From assembly GCA_039589315.1 (NCBI GenBank), contig JBDHHQ010000003.1, positions 1 to 64,000 of the forward strand: DNA of 64,000 nucleotides, in the 5' to 3' direction. The stretch comes from Gemmatimonadota bacterium. GTDB taxonomy: Bacteria; Gemmatimonadota; Gemmatimonadetes; Longimicrobiales; Gaopeijiaceae. Under the pieces are notes generated by a model that saw nothing but the letters and a program-made list of their open reading frames with translations, was not told the origin of the DNA and did no database searches. Numbering within the stretch: the first letter of the stretch is position 1; each line of letters starts with the position of its first letter. Below, piece after piece: positions 12,368-22,632 of the stretch. The position numbers and the translations under genes are program-made.

Positions 12368-12594
12368 CGGACGGCCCCGAGCGTCCCGGAACCGGGCCGG
12401 AGCGCGCGTCGCCGGGCGACCGGGAGCCGGGTGAGACCGGCCGGGCGGACGGGGACGAGATCGGTGTCACCGAGGAAGACGAGGCCGCCCAGGACAATGC
12501 CACCTGCGAGCTCTGCGGCTCCCCGGTAGTCGAGCGGCACTGCAAGATCGTGTGTCTCAACTGCGGGTATACGCGGGACTGCTCCGACCCCTAG
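12364..12594 (+). CDS. small Cys-rich zinc-finger protein
   Basis: GTGA-coupled start; C-terminal CELC..HCKIVCLNCGY..DCSD. Confidence 0.7.
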   Translation: MTDGPERPGTGPERASPGDREPGETGRADGDEIGVTEEDEAAQDNATCELCGSPVVERHCKIVCLNCGYTRDCSDP

Positions 12595-12607
12595 GTCGAA
12601 CCCGGTG

Positions 12608-13402
12608 TCATCCGGGCGTCACCTCCAGGATGTTCACGAAATACCAGTCCAGAATCATGTCGCCCCAGGCGAAGGTCACGGCGGCGCCCGCGGCCAGGAA
12701 GATGCCGAACGGCACCAGCTTGCCCGTCTTCATGGAGATGGGGCCGAAGATCACGGCCCCGAAGAGCGCGCCGAGGAAGAGCGTCAGCAGCACACCCGCT
12801 CCGCCGAGGAAGGACCCCACCATGGCCATCATCTTGATGTCCCCTCCTCCCATGGCGTCCTTCTTGAAGAGCGCTTTCCCTCCGATCGCTACGGCCAGGA
12901 GCAACCCGAATCCGAGCATGGCCCCCGCGCCCGCCTGGATGAGAGGGGTCGCCGTGCCCCCCAAATAGGAAATCCACCCAGCGAGGGCGAGGCCCAGGAA
13001 CAGGCCACCCAGGCTGAATTGATCCGGTATGATGTAGAACCGGGCGTCCGTCAGGGCGATGCCGAAGAGAATCGTGAGGAACACCGCCCCCCGGAGCGCT
13101 TCGGGCTCCAGTCCGAGGCGCAGGAACACACCCGCCCAGACCAGGCCGGTGGCGAGCTCGACCAGCGGATACTGAGCGGAGATCCGGACGCCGCAGGAAC
13201 GACACCGCCCCCTGAGCAACACCCAACTGAGCACGGGGATGTTGTCGAACCAGCGGATGCGAGCCCCGCACGACCCGCAGTGTGAGGGGGGCGAGACCAC
13301 GGACTCGTTCTTGGGCCACCGCAGCGTGCAGACGTTGAGGAACGAGCCCAGGAGGAGTCCGAAGGCTCCGGCGGCAATGGCCACGATGCGTGCGTCAGGC
13401 AT
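12608..13402 (-). CDS. pilD: prepilin peptidase
   Basis: GSFLNV, CxxC...DNIP..SW..LRGRCRxC, IS.QYPLVE, MGGGDIKM, VPFG.FL. Confidence 0.95.
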   Translation of the reverse strand: MPDARIVAIAAGAFGLLLGSFLNVCTLRWPKNESVVSPPSHCGSCGARIRWFDNIPVLSWVLLRGRCRSCGVRISAQYPLVELATGLVWAGVFLRLGLEPEALRGAVFLTILFGIALTDARFYIIPDQFSLGGLFLGLALAGWISYLGGTATPLIQAGAGAMLGFGLLLAVAIGGKALFKKDAMGGGDIKMMAMVGSFLGGAGVLLTLFLGALFGAVIFGPISMKTGKLVPFGIFLAAGAAVTFAWGDMILDWYFVNILEVTPG

Positions 13403-14180
13403 TCTGTGTGTTCCTCGTGAGCACGTAGAGCAGGATGGCCCCCGCCACCCCCGCGTTCAGGGACTCCGTACCGCCCGGCATGGGGATCGCGATGATCTGG
13501 TGGGCCGCGTCCGACACCGCTTCGCTTACGCCGCCGCCTTCGCTCCCCACCACCAGCATCCAACCACGGGACGGACGGACGGACGCGACGTCCTCTCCGA
13601 CGACGTCCGCGACCAGGAGGCTGATCCCCGCCCCCTCGATCCATGATCGGACCTCCGGCCAGTCAGCCTGAGCGACGGGCAGACGGAAGCACGCGCCGGC
13701 CGCGCTCCGCACGGTCTTCGGATTCCAGGGATCCACGGTACCGCCCAAGACGACGGCACCGTCCAAACCGAAGGCCAGTCCCGCCCGGATCAAGGTGCCC
13801 AGATTGCCCGGATCCTGCACGCCGTCGGCGGCGAGGTATCGGCCTCCCGGCGCCACGATGCTCGAGGCTGTCCTCGGCTCCTCCACCACCAGCAGCACCC
13901 CCTGGGGATTCTCCGTGGCGGAGACGGCCGCGAGCTCGCCGTCGGTGAGCCGCTCGATCTGCACCCCGGCGCTCTCGAGCGTCGCTTCCAGGCGGAGTCC
14001 CCGCTCCCGGGCTCGCAGGCCGGGCGCGCAGGCTGCCCATCGTATCGAGGTCGCGGAAGCCAGGACCTCCTCCGCGCTCCGGACGCCCTCCACCAACACC
14101 AGACCCTCCCGGACCCGGCTCTTCCGCCGACTCAGCCGTCCGATGAGACGGCGACGACGGTCGCTCAGGCCCATGGCCAC
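13395..14180 (-). CDS. TrmH/SpoU-family RNA methyltransferase
   Basis: VQDPGNLGTLIR, GSEGGG, IPMPG..ESLNAGVA. Confidence 0.92.
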   Translation of the reverse strand: MAMGLSDRRRRLIGRLSRRKSRVREGLVLVEGVRSAEEVLASATSIRWAACAPGLRARERGLRLEATLESAGVQIERLTDGELAAVSATENPQGVLLVVEEPRTASSIVAPGGRYLAADGVQDPGNLGTLIRAGLAFGLDGAVVLGGTVDPWNPKTVRSAAGACFRLPVAQADWPEVRSWIEGAGISLLVADVVGEDVASVRPSRGWMLVVGSEGGGVSEAVSDAAHQIIAIPMPGGTESLNAGVAGAILLYVLTRNTQNA

Positions 14181-14287
14181 CCCGGGCCCCTCGCCGACGC
14201 GGTGGAAGACCCTATCTTGCTCCCCGGCGGGGGCGCCACACCACTGCGCGTGGGCAGCGGCCCCGATCCCCTCTCCCGCGGCGAACC

Positions 14288-15121
14288 ATGGTGCATCGCG
14301 ACACGAAGGTGGCCCTGACCATCGCCGGTAGCGACAGCGGCGGGGGCGCCGGGATCCAGGCGGACCTCAAGACGTTCCAGGCCTTCGGGGTCTTCGGCAC
14401 GAGTGCCGTCACGGCCGTTACGGCCCAGAACACCCGGGGCGTGCAGGGCGTCCACCCGGTGCCGGTTCCCATCGTCCGGAGTCAGATCGAGGCGGTGGCC
14501 CAGGACCTCGCTCCTGCGGCGGTAAAGACGGGCATGCTCGCTACGACCGACCTCGTCGAGGCGGTGGCCGACGCCATCCGCCTGCACCGCTTCGACCACT
14601 ACGTGCTGGACCCGGTCATGGTGGCGACCTCGGGCGACCGGCTCCTGGACGAGGAGGCGGTATCGGCGGTGATCCGCTCGCTGCTCTCCCTCGCCGACCT
14701 GGTCACACCCAACCTGGCCGAGGCGGCCGTCCTCGTGGGCACCCCCGTGGCGAGCGAAGGGGACATGAGGGGCGCGGCGCGCTCGTTGGTCCAGATGGGC
14801 GCAGGCGCTGCTCTCGTCAAGGGAGGACACCTCCCGGGCGATGCGGTGGTCGACGTGCTCTGGGACGGTCGGGAGGAGCGCGTCCGGAGACGCCCCAGGC
14901 TGGACACGGTGCACACGCACGGGACGGGCTGCACCCTGTCGGCAGCGGCCGCGGCCTGCCTCGCCCTCGGCCTGCCCCTGCACGAGGCCGTCGATCGTGC
15001 GCTCGACTACGTGTCCCGCGCCATCGCGGACGCGCCGCGACTGGGCTCCGGTCACGGCCCCCTCAACCACTGGGTGACGGCCTTCCCGGCCGAACAGAAC
15101 GAGGGAAAGGGACACGGCTGA
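14288..15121 (+). CDS. thiD: hydroxymethylpyrimidine/phosphomethylpyrimidine kinase
   Basis: [36 protein letters not shown]. Confidence 0.95.
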   Translation: MVHRDTKVALTIAGSDSGGGAGIQADLKTFQAFGVFGTSAVTAVTAQNTRGVQGVHPVPVPIVRSQIEAVAQDLAPAAVKTGMLATTDLVEAVADAIRLHRFDHYVLDPVMVATSGDRLLDEEAVSAVIRSLLSLADLVTPNLAEAAVLVGTPVASEGDMRGAARSLVQMGAGAALVKGGHLPGDAVVDVLWDGREERVRRRPRLDTVHTHGTGCTLSAAAAACLALGLPLHEAVDRALDYVSRAIADAPRLGSGHGPLNHWVTAFPAEQNEGKGHG

Positions 15122-15127
15122 ACGACC

Positions 15128-15961
15128 TCAGGGAGCCAGACCCTGGATCACCCTGCGAACGAGGGCGTCGAGAGAACCGGCCGCCGCGCGTCCCACCTCC
15201 ACGATCTCGGCGTGGCCGAGCGTTCCCGTGCCCAACCCCGCTGCCTTGTTGGCGATCAGGGAGAACGCCAGCGTCCTCAGGCCCAGGGCCCGGGCGACGA
15301 TGACCTCGGGCACCGTCGACATGCCCACCGCCTGAACGCCCAGGCGTTCGAGCATGCGGATTTCGGCCGGCGTCTCGTAGGACGGCCCCAGGAGCGCTGC
15401 GTACGTCCCCCGCATCAGCGGGATCCCCAACTCCAGCGCGGCCTCCAACGCCAGGCGCTGAAGCGCCGCATCGTAGGGGGCGCTCATGTCGGGGAACCTC
15501 ACTTCTCCGGGTTGCACCGGCCCCCCCAAGGGGCTTCGGTGGAGGAAGTTCACGTGGTCGTCGATGAGCATGATGGAGCCGGGCTCGAGCTCTTTGTCGA
15601 TGCCTCCCGCGGCATTGGTGAGAATGACGGTGTCGACTCCCAGGCGTTCCGCGATGCGCACGGGGGCAGCCACGACCTCCGCGCCGTGACCCTCGTAGCA
15701 GTGGAAGCGACCCGACTGAACGAGGACCTCCTGCCCCTCCAGGTGTCCCGCGACCCATCGTCCCGCGTGCCCGGCCACGCCCACGCCCGGGAGCCCGTCG
15801 ACGGCTTCGAAAGGCACGACCACGCTGTCTTGGACCGACTCCGCGAGGGCTCCGAGGCCTGAACCGAGAATCAGCAATGTGCGCGGCTCCACGGTGATGC
15901 GCTCCCGGAGAACCCGGGCCGCCGCCTCCGGAGCGAAGGCCCCCGCGACGCTCTCGCTCAC
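15128..15961 (-). CDS. punA: purine nucleoside phosphorylase (trimeric PNP family)
   Basis: ILGSGLG, GHAG, GRFH.YEG, TNAAGG, GPSYETPAE, VGMSTVPE; GTG start overlapping nupC stop. Confidence 0.92.
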   Translation of the reverse strand: MSESVAGAFAPEAAARVLRERITVEPRTLLILGSGLGALAESVQDSVVVPFEAVDGLPGVGVAGHAGRWVAGHLEGQEVLVQSGRFHCYEGHGAEVVAAPVRIAERLGVDTVILTNAAGGIDKELEPGSIMLIDDHVNFLHRSPLGGPVQPGEVRFPDMSAPYDAALQRLALEAALELGIPLMRGTYAALLGPSYETPAEIRMLERLGVQAVGMSTVPEVIVARALGLRTLAFSLIANKAAGLGTGTLGHAEIVEVGRAAAGSLDALVRRVIQGLAP

Positions 15962-17580
15962 ACGAACATTCCGGCGATCGTTCCGGTGAGGAATGCCGCA
16001 AGCGATCCGGCGATCATGGCCCGCAGGCCGATCCGGGACAGGTCGTGGCGCCGCGAGGGGGCGATCCCACCGATGCCACCGATCTGGATCGCGATGGAGG
16101 AGAAGTTCGCGAAGCCCGAGAGAGCGTACGCGGCGATGATGGCGGATCGGGGCTGAAGCGAGGGCCCCTGGGCCAGCGTTCCGGACAGCTGGAGATAGGC
16201 GAAGAACTCGTTGAGCACCGTCTTGATCCCCATGAGGCTGCCCACGGTCGCGGCGTCGGCCCACGGAACTCCCATGAGCCAGGCCAGGGGCGCCAGACAC
16301 CAGCCGAGGATCAGCTCGATACTCAGCCCCTCCAGACCCACGAGTCCCCCAGCCCAACCGACCAGAGCGTTGATCAGGTAGACGAGCGCGATGAAGGCCA
16401 GGAGCATGGCGCCCACGTTCAAGGCGAGGTGCAGCCCCTCGTGGGCCCCCCGCGCCGCAGCATCGATGACGTTCACATCGGGGTTCTCGAGCTCGAGCCC
16501 CAGCGACCCCGCCGTCTCGGGCTCGGCCTCTTCGGGGTACATGAGCTTGCCGATGGCCAGCGCCGCGGGAGCCGACATGACCGACGCCGCCATGAGGTGG
16601 CCCGCGATGTCCGGGAAATAGGCGATCAGCAAGCCCACGTAGGCGGCCAACACCCCCCCCGCCACGGTGGCAAAGCCACCCGTCATGACCGTCATGAGCT
16701 CGGACATGGTCATCTTCTCGACGAACGGCTTGATGAGCAGCGGCGCCTCGGTCTGACCGACGAAGATGTTGCCCGCGGCGGAGAGCGTCTCGGCCCCCGA
16801 GGTCCTCATGGTCCGTTGCATCACCCACGCCATGCCCTTCACGACCCACTGCATGACCCCCAGGTAGTAGAGCACCGTCATGAGGGACGAGAAGAAGATG
16901 ATCGTGGGAAGCACGTTGAAGGCGAAGAACGCGCCGGTCTGGGCGACCATGCCCGGCATCACCTCCACGGGTCCGTTCCCCGGCTCGCCCCGACCGACGG
17001 GCACGTTGTTGAACACGAGGTCACCGAAGATGAATCGGGCGCCCTGCTCCGTGAAGCCCAGCAGGGCCACGACGACCCGGTTCGCGGTGTCGAAGACCGC
17101 CAAACCCACCGGTGTCTTGAGGATGAAGAGGGCGAAGATCACCTGCAGCGTCAGTCCCCACAGCAGCACTCGCCACGGCACACGCCCGCGATTCGTGCTC
17201 ATGAGCCACGCCAGGCCCAGGATCGCCAGCACGCCCAGGATCGCCCGCGCCCGGTCCACCAAGGGCGTATCGAGCGACGTGCCACCCCGGGTCGACGAGC
17301 CGTCGGCCTGCTGCGCGGCAGCGTGCGTCCGCGCCCGGCCCGAGGCGGCGGACGCCGACACCGCTGCCGGGAGCCGTCCGGCTCGAGCCACAGTGGCGGC
17401 CCCGACCGGCTCTGCGACTACGCCCGCGCTGGCCTCCACTGCGGTCGCACGTCCGGGTTCCACGTCCACCGGCGTGGCCGCAGTGGAGAACGCGCCGGCC
17501 AGAAGGAGCACGGCCAGCGTGAGCCAAAGCCACCGCACGCCGCGGGGCACCGGCCATGACCCGTTCGTCTTGCGCGTCAC
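15958..17580 (-). CDS. nupC: NupC/CNT-family nucleoside transporter with N-terminal extension
   Basis: FAFNVLPTIIFFSS, NIFVGQTEAP, GGFATVAGG, NEFFAY, FANFSSIAIQIGG; GTG start inferred. Confidence 0.9.
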   Translation of the reverse strand: MTRKTNGSWPVPRGVRWLWLTLAVLLLAGAFSTAATPVDVEPGRATAVEASAGVVAEPVGAATVARAGRLPAAVSASAASGRARTHAAAQQADGSSTRGGTSLDTPLVDRARAILGVLAILGLAWLMSTNRGRVPWRVLLWGLTLQVIFALFILKTPVGLAVFDTANRVVVALLGFTEQGARFIFGDLVFNNVPVGRGEPGNGPVEVMPGMVAQTGAFFAFNVLPTIIFFSSLMTVLYYLGVMQWVVKGMAWVMQRTMRTSGAETLSAAGNIFVGQTEAPLLIKPFVEKMTMSELMTVMTGGFATVAGGVLAAYVGLLIAYFPDIAGHLMAASVMSAPAALAIGKLMYPEEAEPETAGSLGLELENPDVNVIDAAARGAHEGLHLALNVGAMLLAFIALVYLINALVGWAGGLVGLEGLSIELILGWCLAPLAWLMGVPWADAATVGSLMGIKTVLNEFFAYLQLSGTLAQGPSLQPRSAIIAAYALSGFANFSSIAIQIGGIGGIAPSRRHDLSRIGLRAMIAGSLAAFLTGTIAGMFV

Positions 17581-18341
17581 CACCAACCTCCGTGCGGGAT
17601 GTCTCCACGCGGCAGCTTCACGTGGGCGCGCTTGGCCTCCACCAGCGCCCGGTTCTGGAATACCTTGACCAGAACGACGCCGGCCACGAATCCGCCGATA
17701 TGAGCCAGGAACGCCACGCCCGACGCGGCGCCCTGCGTGGCTTGTGAAGCGAGCTGGATGAAGAACCAATAGAGGAGATAGACCCAGGCCGGGACATCCA
17801 CGACGTAGATCAAGATGATGATGATGAACAGCGTCTTCACGCGGGTCCGAGGATAGAGGACCAGGTACGCACCCATGATGGCGCTGATGGCTCCCGAAGC
17901 GCCCACCGTGGGCACCATGGCGGCCGGATCGGCCGCGACATGCGCGAGTCCGGCCACGATCCCGGAAAACAGGTAGAAGAAGAGGAACCGGAGGTGGCCC
18001 ATGGAATCCTCGATGTTGTTCCCGAAGATCCAGAGGAACCACATGTTGCCGATCAGATGCATCCAGCTCCCGTGGAGGAACATGGACGTGATCAGGGCCT
18101 GCCACGTGAAGCCGTCGACGCCGCAGGCCAGCTGTTCGGTGAGCTGGACCCGCGCGTCCGGTGGGGCAGCGCCACTCACCTCGGCCGGGATGGCGCCGAA
18201 CGCGCACACCGACCGGACCAACGCCTCCTCGGACAGGCCCGCACCCTGCAGATAGACCCAGACCCCCACGCAGACGGCGATGATCCCGAGCGTGAAGATC
18301 GGGAAGATCTCGGTGGGGTTCTCGTCGCGGAGCGGAAACAT
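17577..18341 (-). CDS. rhomboid intramembrane serine protease
   Basis: [29 protein letters not shown]. Confidence 0.93.
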   Translation of the reverse strand: MFPLRDENPTEIFPIFTLGIIAVCVGVWVYLQGAGLSEEALVRSVCAFGAIPAEVSGAAPPDARVQLTEQLACGVDGFTWQALITSMFLHGSWMHLIGNMWFLWIFGNNIEDSMGHLRFLFFYLFSGIVAGLAHVAADPAAMVPTVGASGAISAIMGAYLVLYPRTRVKTLFIIIILIYVVDVPAWVYLLYWFFIQLASQATQGAASGVAFLAHIGGFVAGVVLVKVFQNRALVEAKRAHVKLPRGDIPHGGWW

Positions 18342-18565
18342 GGTCCGCTAGGATACCCGCCGGCCAGGGCCTCGGCCAGTCGGCACACGGCCCCCGGGGC
18401 CGTGTCGGCCGGGGCGTAGAACGGGCGCGTCCTTCGTGTCCCTGGCCCGTCACGCGACGCCGGCCCCTCGTCCAGCGCGACCGGTCCGGTCCTGCCAGTC
18501 CGGCGGTTTGGGCCCCTACCAGCCCGTTGTTGCGCCATAATGGCGGGGTTTTCGCCCCTCGGACC

Positions 18566-18581
18566 GGGCATGCCTGTTGCA
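18566..18581 (+). promoter_or_regulatory. sigma54-type promoter upstream of dnaK
   Basis: GGGCATGCCTGTTGCA = GG-N10-GC. Confidence 0.6.
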
Positions 18582-18679
18582 CTTCCCGCCGCCGGCTACG
18601 CACGCCCCGACTCGTCGGACGCGGGGCGACGCTCATAGAACGCGGTTCAATTCAGGCACACGGAAGACAAGGAGCGGAC

Positions 18680-20614
18680 ATGGGCAAAGTGATCGGGATC
18701 GACCTCGGGACGACGAACTCCGTGGTCGCGGTCATGGAGGGCGGAGAGCCCGTCGTGATCCCCAACTCCGAAGGCGGACGCACGACCCCGTCCGTGGTGG
18801 CGTTCACGAAGGACGGTGAGCGGCTCGTCGGCCAGGTGGCCCGCCGCCAGGCCATCACCAACCCGGAGAACACGATCTTCTCGATCAAGCGCTTCATGGG
18901 GCGCAAGCACAACGAGGTGCAAGAAGAGGAGAAGCTGGTTCCGTACGACGTGGGTCACGACGCCCAGGGCAGGGTGCGGGTGACGATCCCGAACGCCGAC
19001 GGCAAGACGTTCACGCCGCCCGAGATCAGCGCCATGATCCTGCAGAAGATGCGGCAGACCGCAGAGGATTATCTGGGCACCAAGGTCACGTCCGCCGTCA
19101 TCACGGTCCCCGCGTACTTCAACGACTCGCAGCGTCAGGCCACGAAGGACGCCGGCAAGATCGCGGGCCTCGACGTGAAGCGGATCATCAACGAGCCCAC
19201 GGCGGCCGCGCTCGCCTATGGCCTGGACAAGAAGACGGACGAGAAGATCGCGGTCTTCGACCTGGGTGGGGGCACCTACGACATCTCCATCCTGGAGCTC
19301 GGTGACGGCGTCTTCGAGGTGAAGGCCACGAACGGCGACACCCACCTGGGCGGGGACGACTTCGACCAGAAGGTCATCAACTGGCTCGTGGACGAGTTCA
19401 AACGGGACCAGGGGATCGACCTGAGCCAAGACTCCATGGCCCTGCAACGCCTCAAGGAGGCGTCGGAGAAGGCCAAGATGGAGCTGTCGACCACGATGTC
19501 GACGGACATCAACCTCCCGTTCATCACGGCCACTCAGGAGGGTCCCAAGCACCTGAACTACTCGCTGACCCGGGCCAAGTTCGAGCAGCTCGTGGACGAC
19601 CTGGTCCAGCGCACCATCCCGCCGATGAAGGCGGCTCTCAAGGACGCGGGCCTGGAAGGCAGCGCCATCGACGAGGTCATCCTCGTGGGCGGCTCGACCC
19701 GGATCCCGAAGATCCAGGAGGTCGTCACCGAGTTCTTCGGGAAGGATCCGCACCGGGGCGTGAACCCCGATGAGGTGGTGGCGGTGGGCGCCTCGATCCA
19801 GGGCGGCGTGCTCGCCGGCGAGGTCAAGGACGTCCTGCTGCTCGACGTCACGCCCCTCTCGCTGGGCATCGAGACACTCGGCGGCGTCATGACGCCGCTC
19901 ATCGAGCGCAACACGACCATCCCGACGAAGAAGGCCGAGGTCTTCAGCACCGCCGAGGACAATCAGACGACCGTCGAGATCCACGTGCTGCAGGGTGAGC
20001 GGAAGATGGCGCTGGACAACAAGACCATCGGCAAGTTCCAGCTCACGGGGATTCCGCCCGCACCGAGGGGCATGCCCCAGGTCGAGGTGACCTTCGACAT
20101 CGACGCGAACGGGATCCTGCACGTCTCCGCCAAGGACCGGGCCACCGGCAAGGAGCAGAAGATCCGTATCGAGGCCTCGAGCGGCCTCACGGATGCCGAG
20201 ATCGACAAGATGGTCCGGGACGCCGAGGCGCACGCGTCCGAGGACGAAGATCGTCGGGCGTCGGTCGAGGCCCGCAACCAGCTCGACTCCCTGGTCTACC
20301 AGGTCGAGAAAGAGCTGGAGAACTGGAAGGACCAGGTGTCGGAAGAGGCCCTGGGGCGTCTCGACGATGCGGTGAACCTGGCCAAGGAGGCGTTGAAGGG
20401 AGACGACACCGCGGCCATCAATACCGCTCGGGACGAGTTGGCCCAGGCGTTCAGCGCGGCCGGCACCGAGGTCTATCAGGCCGCGGCGCCAGAGGCCGAG
20501 CCCACCGCTGAGGGCGAGCCGACCTTCGAGGAGGAAACGGCCGAAGCCGAAACCGAAGGCGCCGATGAAGGGGTGGTTGAAGCCGACTACGAGATCGTGG
20601 ACGAGGAGAAGTAG
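18680..20614 (+). CDS. dnaK: chaperone DnaK (Hsp70)
   Basis: [32 protein letters not shown] before ATG 18680. Confidence 0.99.
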   Translation: MGKVIGIDLGTTNSVVAVMEGGEPVVIPNSEGGRTTPSVVAFTKDGERLVGQVARRQAITNPENTIFSIKRFMGRKHNEVQEEEKLVPYDVGHDAQGRVRVTIPNADGKTFTPPEISAMILQKMRQTAEDYLGTKVTSAVITVPAYFNDSQRQATKDAGKIAGLDVKRIINEPTAAALAYGLDKKTDEKIAVFDLGGGTYDISILELGDGVFEVKATNGDTHLGGDDFDQKVINWLVDEFKRDQGIDLSQDSMALQRLKEASEKAKMELSTTMSTDINLPFITATQEGPKHLNYSLTRAKFEQLVDDLVQRTIPPMKAALKDAGLEGSAIDEVILVGGSTRIPKIQEVVTEFFGKDPHRGVNPDEVVAVGASIQGGVLAGEVKDVLLLDVTPLSLGIETLGGVMTPLIERNTTIPTKKAEVFSTAEDNQTTVEIHVLQGERKMALDNKTIGKFQLTGIPPAPRGMPQVEVTFDIDANGILHVSAKDRATGKEQKIRIEASSGLTDAEIDKMVRDAEAHASEDEDRRASVEARNQLDSLVYQVEKELENWKDQVSEEALGRLDDAVNLAKEALKGDDTAAINTARDELAQAFSAAGTEVYQAAAPEAEPTAEGEPTFEEETAEAETEGADEGVVEADYEIVDEEK

Positions 20615-20688
20615 CGACGAGGGGCTGCGGGCGGAGCCACGAGCCCCGGGGACCCTCCTCCCCGGGGCAACGGTCGGGGATCGGCCTG

Positions 20689-20715
20689 CGTCACAATCCT
20701 ACAACGACAGTCGTC
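20689..20715 (+). promoter_or_regulatory. ECF sigma-type promoter candidate upstream of the DegP-family gene
   Basis: CGTCACA-N16-CGTC. Confidence 0.4.
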
Positions 20716-20834
20716 GAATAGGCGGTCCTCCCGGCCGTTCGAAACCGGGGACCCCGTGACGTGTACCAGGCGATGTTGGCTGGGCACTCGTGCCCGCGCC
20801 ACCCACGCCGCGCTGAACTTCCGAGGATACCGGT

Positions 20835-22370
20835 ATGTACGACCCCTTCACGACCAAGGCGAAGGTCGCTCTCTATTGTGCGATCGCCTTCCTTTTCGGC
20901 ATCGGCATCGCGTCGGGACTCGGCTGGACCGACTCGACCCTGGCCATGCCGGCGGTGGAGGAGGAGCCGCAGATCCCCGAAGCCGAGGTGAAGCCGGCCC
21001 TCGACCTCAGTGACGCGTTCGTCAACATCGCGGAGCATGTCACGCCCGCTGTGGTGCGGATCGAGACGCGTCGGCCCCGACGTGCCACCCAGCAGATTCC
21101 CGAACAATTCCGACGGTTCTTCGACTCACCGGATCAGCAGGATCTCCCGCCCGCCACTGCCGGTGGCAGCGGCTTCCTCGTGTCCGATGACGGGTACATC
21201 CTCACCAACGACCACGTGGTCGCTGACGCCGACGGCATCACCGTGTGGCTCAACGACGGCAGGTACTTCCCCGCCGAGCTGGTGGGGAGCGACCAGTTCA
21301 CCGACGTCGCCGTGATCCGCATCGACACCAGCGGAGAAACCGTGCCCTACCTCAGCTTCGGCAGCTCCGACGAAGTGCGCGTGGGCGAGTGGGTCCTGGC
21401 TGTGGGCAATCCGGGCTTCGGGGGAGTCAGCCAGCTCGACTACACGGTGACGGCTGGCATCGTCAGCGCGGTCGGTCGCCCGCTGGGCCTCATCCAGAGG
21501 GAGCTGCAGGCCGAGGTCGGGCGCGACCTGGCAGGCTACTCCATCGAGGACTTCATCCAGACGGACGCGGTCATCAACCCCGGTAACTCAGGCGGTCCGA
21601 TGGTGGATCTCCGCGGACAGGTGGTGGGCATCAACTCGGCCATCGCCAGCGCCACCGGGTTCTATCAGGGATATGGCTTCGCGGTCCCCATCAACCTGGC
21701 CCGACGCGTGATGGAAGACCTGGTGGAGTACGGCACGGTCCGCCGGGCCTGGCTGGGCGTCTCCATGCGCACGGTCGACTCGGAAGCCGCCGAAGCGTAC
21801 GACCTTCCGGCGGTGGCCGGGGCCCTGGTCCAGGACTTCCCCGACGGTAGCCCTGCCCGCGAAGCGGGAATCGAGCGCGAGGACGTGATCGTGGGGATCG
21901 ACGGTCGCAACGTCGCGCGCAGCGGTCAGCTCCAGCAGCTCATCGCGATGAAGCGGCCCGGCGATCGGGTCGTGGTGAACGTGTGGCGAGAGGGCCGCCC
22001 CAGTGAGGTCACCGTGACACTGGGCGAGGCCCCGCTGAACGAGGAGCCCATTCGCACGGTGGAGCGCCCTGCCGAGGCCGAGGAAGCCCTCGGCATCCAG
22101 GTGTCCGACCTCACGTCGGATCTGGCCGACGAGTTCGGATACGACAACGACGGTGGCGCCGTCATCGTCCAGGTCCAGCGGAGCGGCCCCGCTGCCCGGC
22201 GGGGACTGGTGCCAGGGCTCAAGATCCTCGAGATCAACCGTGAGGAGGTGGAGTCCGCCGCCGACGTGAAGGCGGCGTTGGCCAGCGTCGAGGCCGGCGA
22301 GATCGTCACGCTGCTCACCGCCGACCCCACCGGCGGTACGTTCATCGCCCACGTGCGCGCCGCCCGCTGA
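20835..22370 (+). CDS. degP: HtrA/DegP-family serine protease with two PDZ domains
   Basis: N-terminal hydrophobic segment, GSGF, TNDHVV, IQTDAVINPGNSGGP. Confidence 0.9.
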   Translation: MYDPFTTKAKVALYCAIAFLFGIGIASGLGWTDSTLAMPAVEEEPQIPEAEVKPALDLSDAFVNIAEHVTPAVVRIETRRPRRATQQIPEQFRRFFDSPDQQDLPPATAGGSGFLVSDDGYILTNDHVVADADGITVWLNDGRYFPAELVGSDQFTDVAVIRIDTSGETVPYLSFGSSDEVRVGEWVLAVGNPGFGGVSQLDYTVTAGIVSAVGRPLGLIQRELQAEVGRDLAGYSIEDFIQTDAVINPGNSGGPMVDLRGQVVGINSAIASATGFYQGYGFAVPINLARRVMEDLVEYGTVRRAWLGVSMRTVDSEAAEAYDLPAVAGALVQDFPDGSPAREAGIEREDVIVGIDGRNVARSGQLQQLIAMKRPGDRVVVNVWREGRPSEVTVTLGEAPLNEEPIRTVERPAEAEEALGIQVSDLTSDLADEFGYDNDGGAVIVQVQRSGPAARRGLVPGLKILEINREEVESAADVKAALASVEAGEIVTLLTADPTGGTFIAHVRAAR

Positions 22371-22404
22371 GGCTCGGAGAACCACGCCCGCACCAGCGAG
22401 CTCG

Positions 22405-22460
22405 GCCCGGGGGAAGGCATCGGTCCGTTGATGCCCCCCCGGGCCTCTCTTATCTTTATT
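22405..22460 (+). terminator. degP terminator hairpin overlapping tRNA promoter
   Basis: GGCCCGGGGGAAGGCATC...GATGCCCCCCCGGGCC then TCTCTTATCTTT. Confidence 0.6.
22428..22456 (+). promoter_or_regulatory. sigma70-type promoter of tRNA-Leu/tig
   Basis: TTGATG-N17-TATCTT. Confidence 0.6.
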
Positions 22461-22522
22461 GGTCCTCGGGGGAAAGCCGCCTTACGGGCCGTTTTCCCCC
22501 TCCCTAGCGTAGAGGCGGCCCT

Positions 22523-22605
22523 GCGAAAGTGGCGGAACTGGTAGACGCGCGAGATTTAGGATCTCGTGGCCCCGGGCCGTGGGGGTTCGAGTCCCCCCTT
22601 TCGCA
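22523..22605 (+). tRNA. tRNA-Leu(TAG)
   Basis: GCGAAAG/CTTTCGC acceptor stem, CGAGA-TTTAGGA-TCTCG anticodon arm, long variable arm, GGTTCGA T-loop; CCA not encoded. Confidence 0.96.
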
Positions 22606-22632
22606 CTCATTCGTTTCTTCACCCCGACGCCT

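Noticed and set aside
14181..14287. TPP riboswitch before thiD
   Set aside because: No CTGAGA/ACCTG core and the spacer is short
18342..18679. CIRCE/HrcA operator before dnaK
   Set aside because: No TTAGCACTC-N9-GAGTGCTAA match seen
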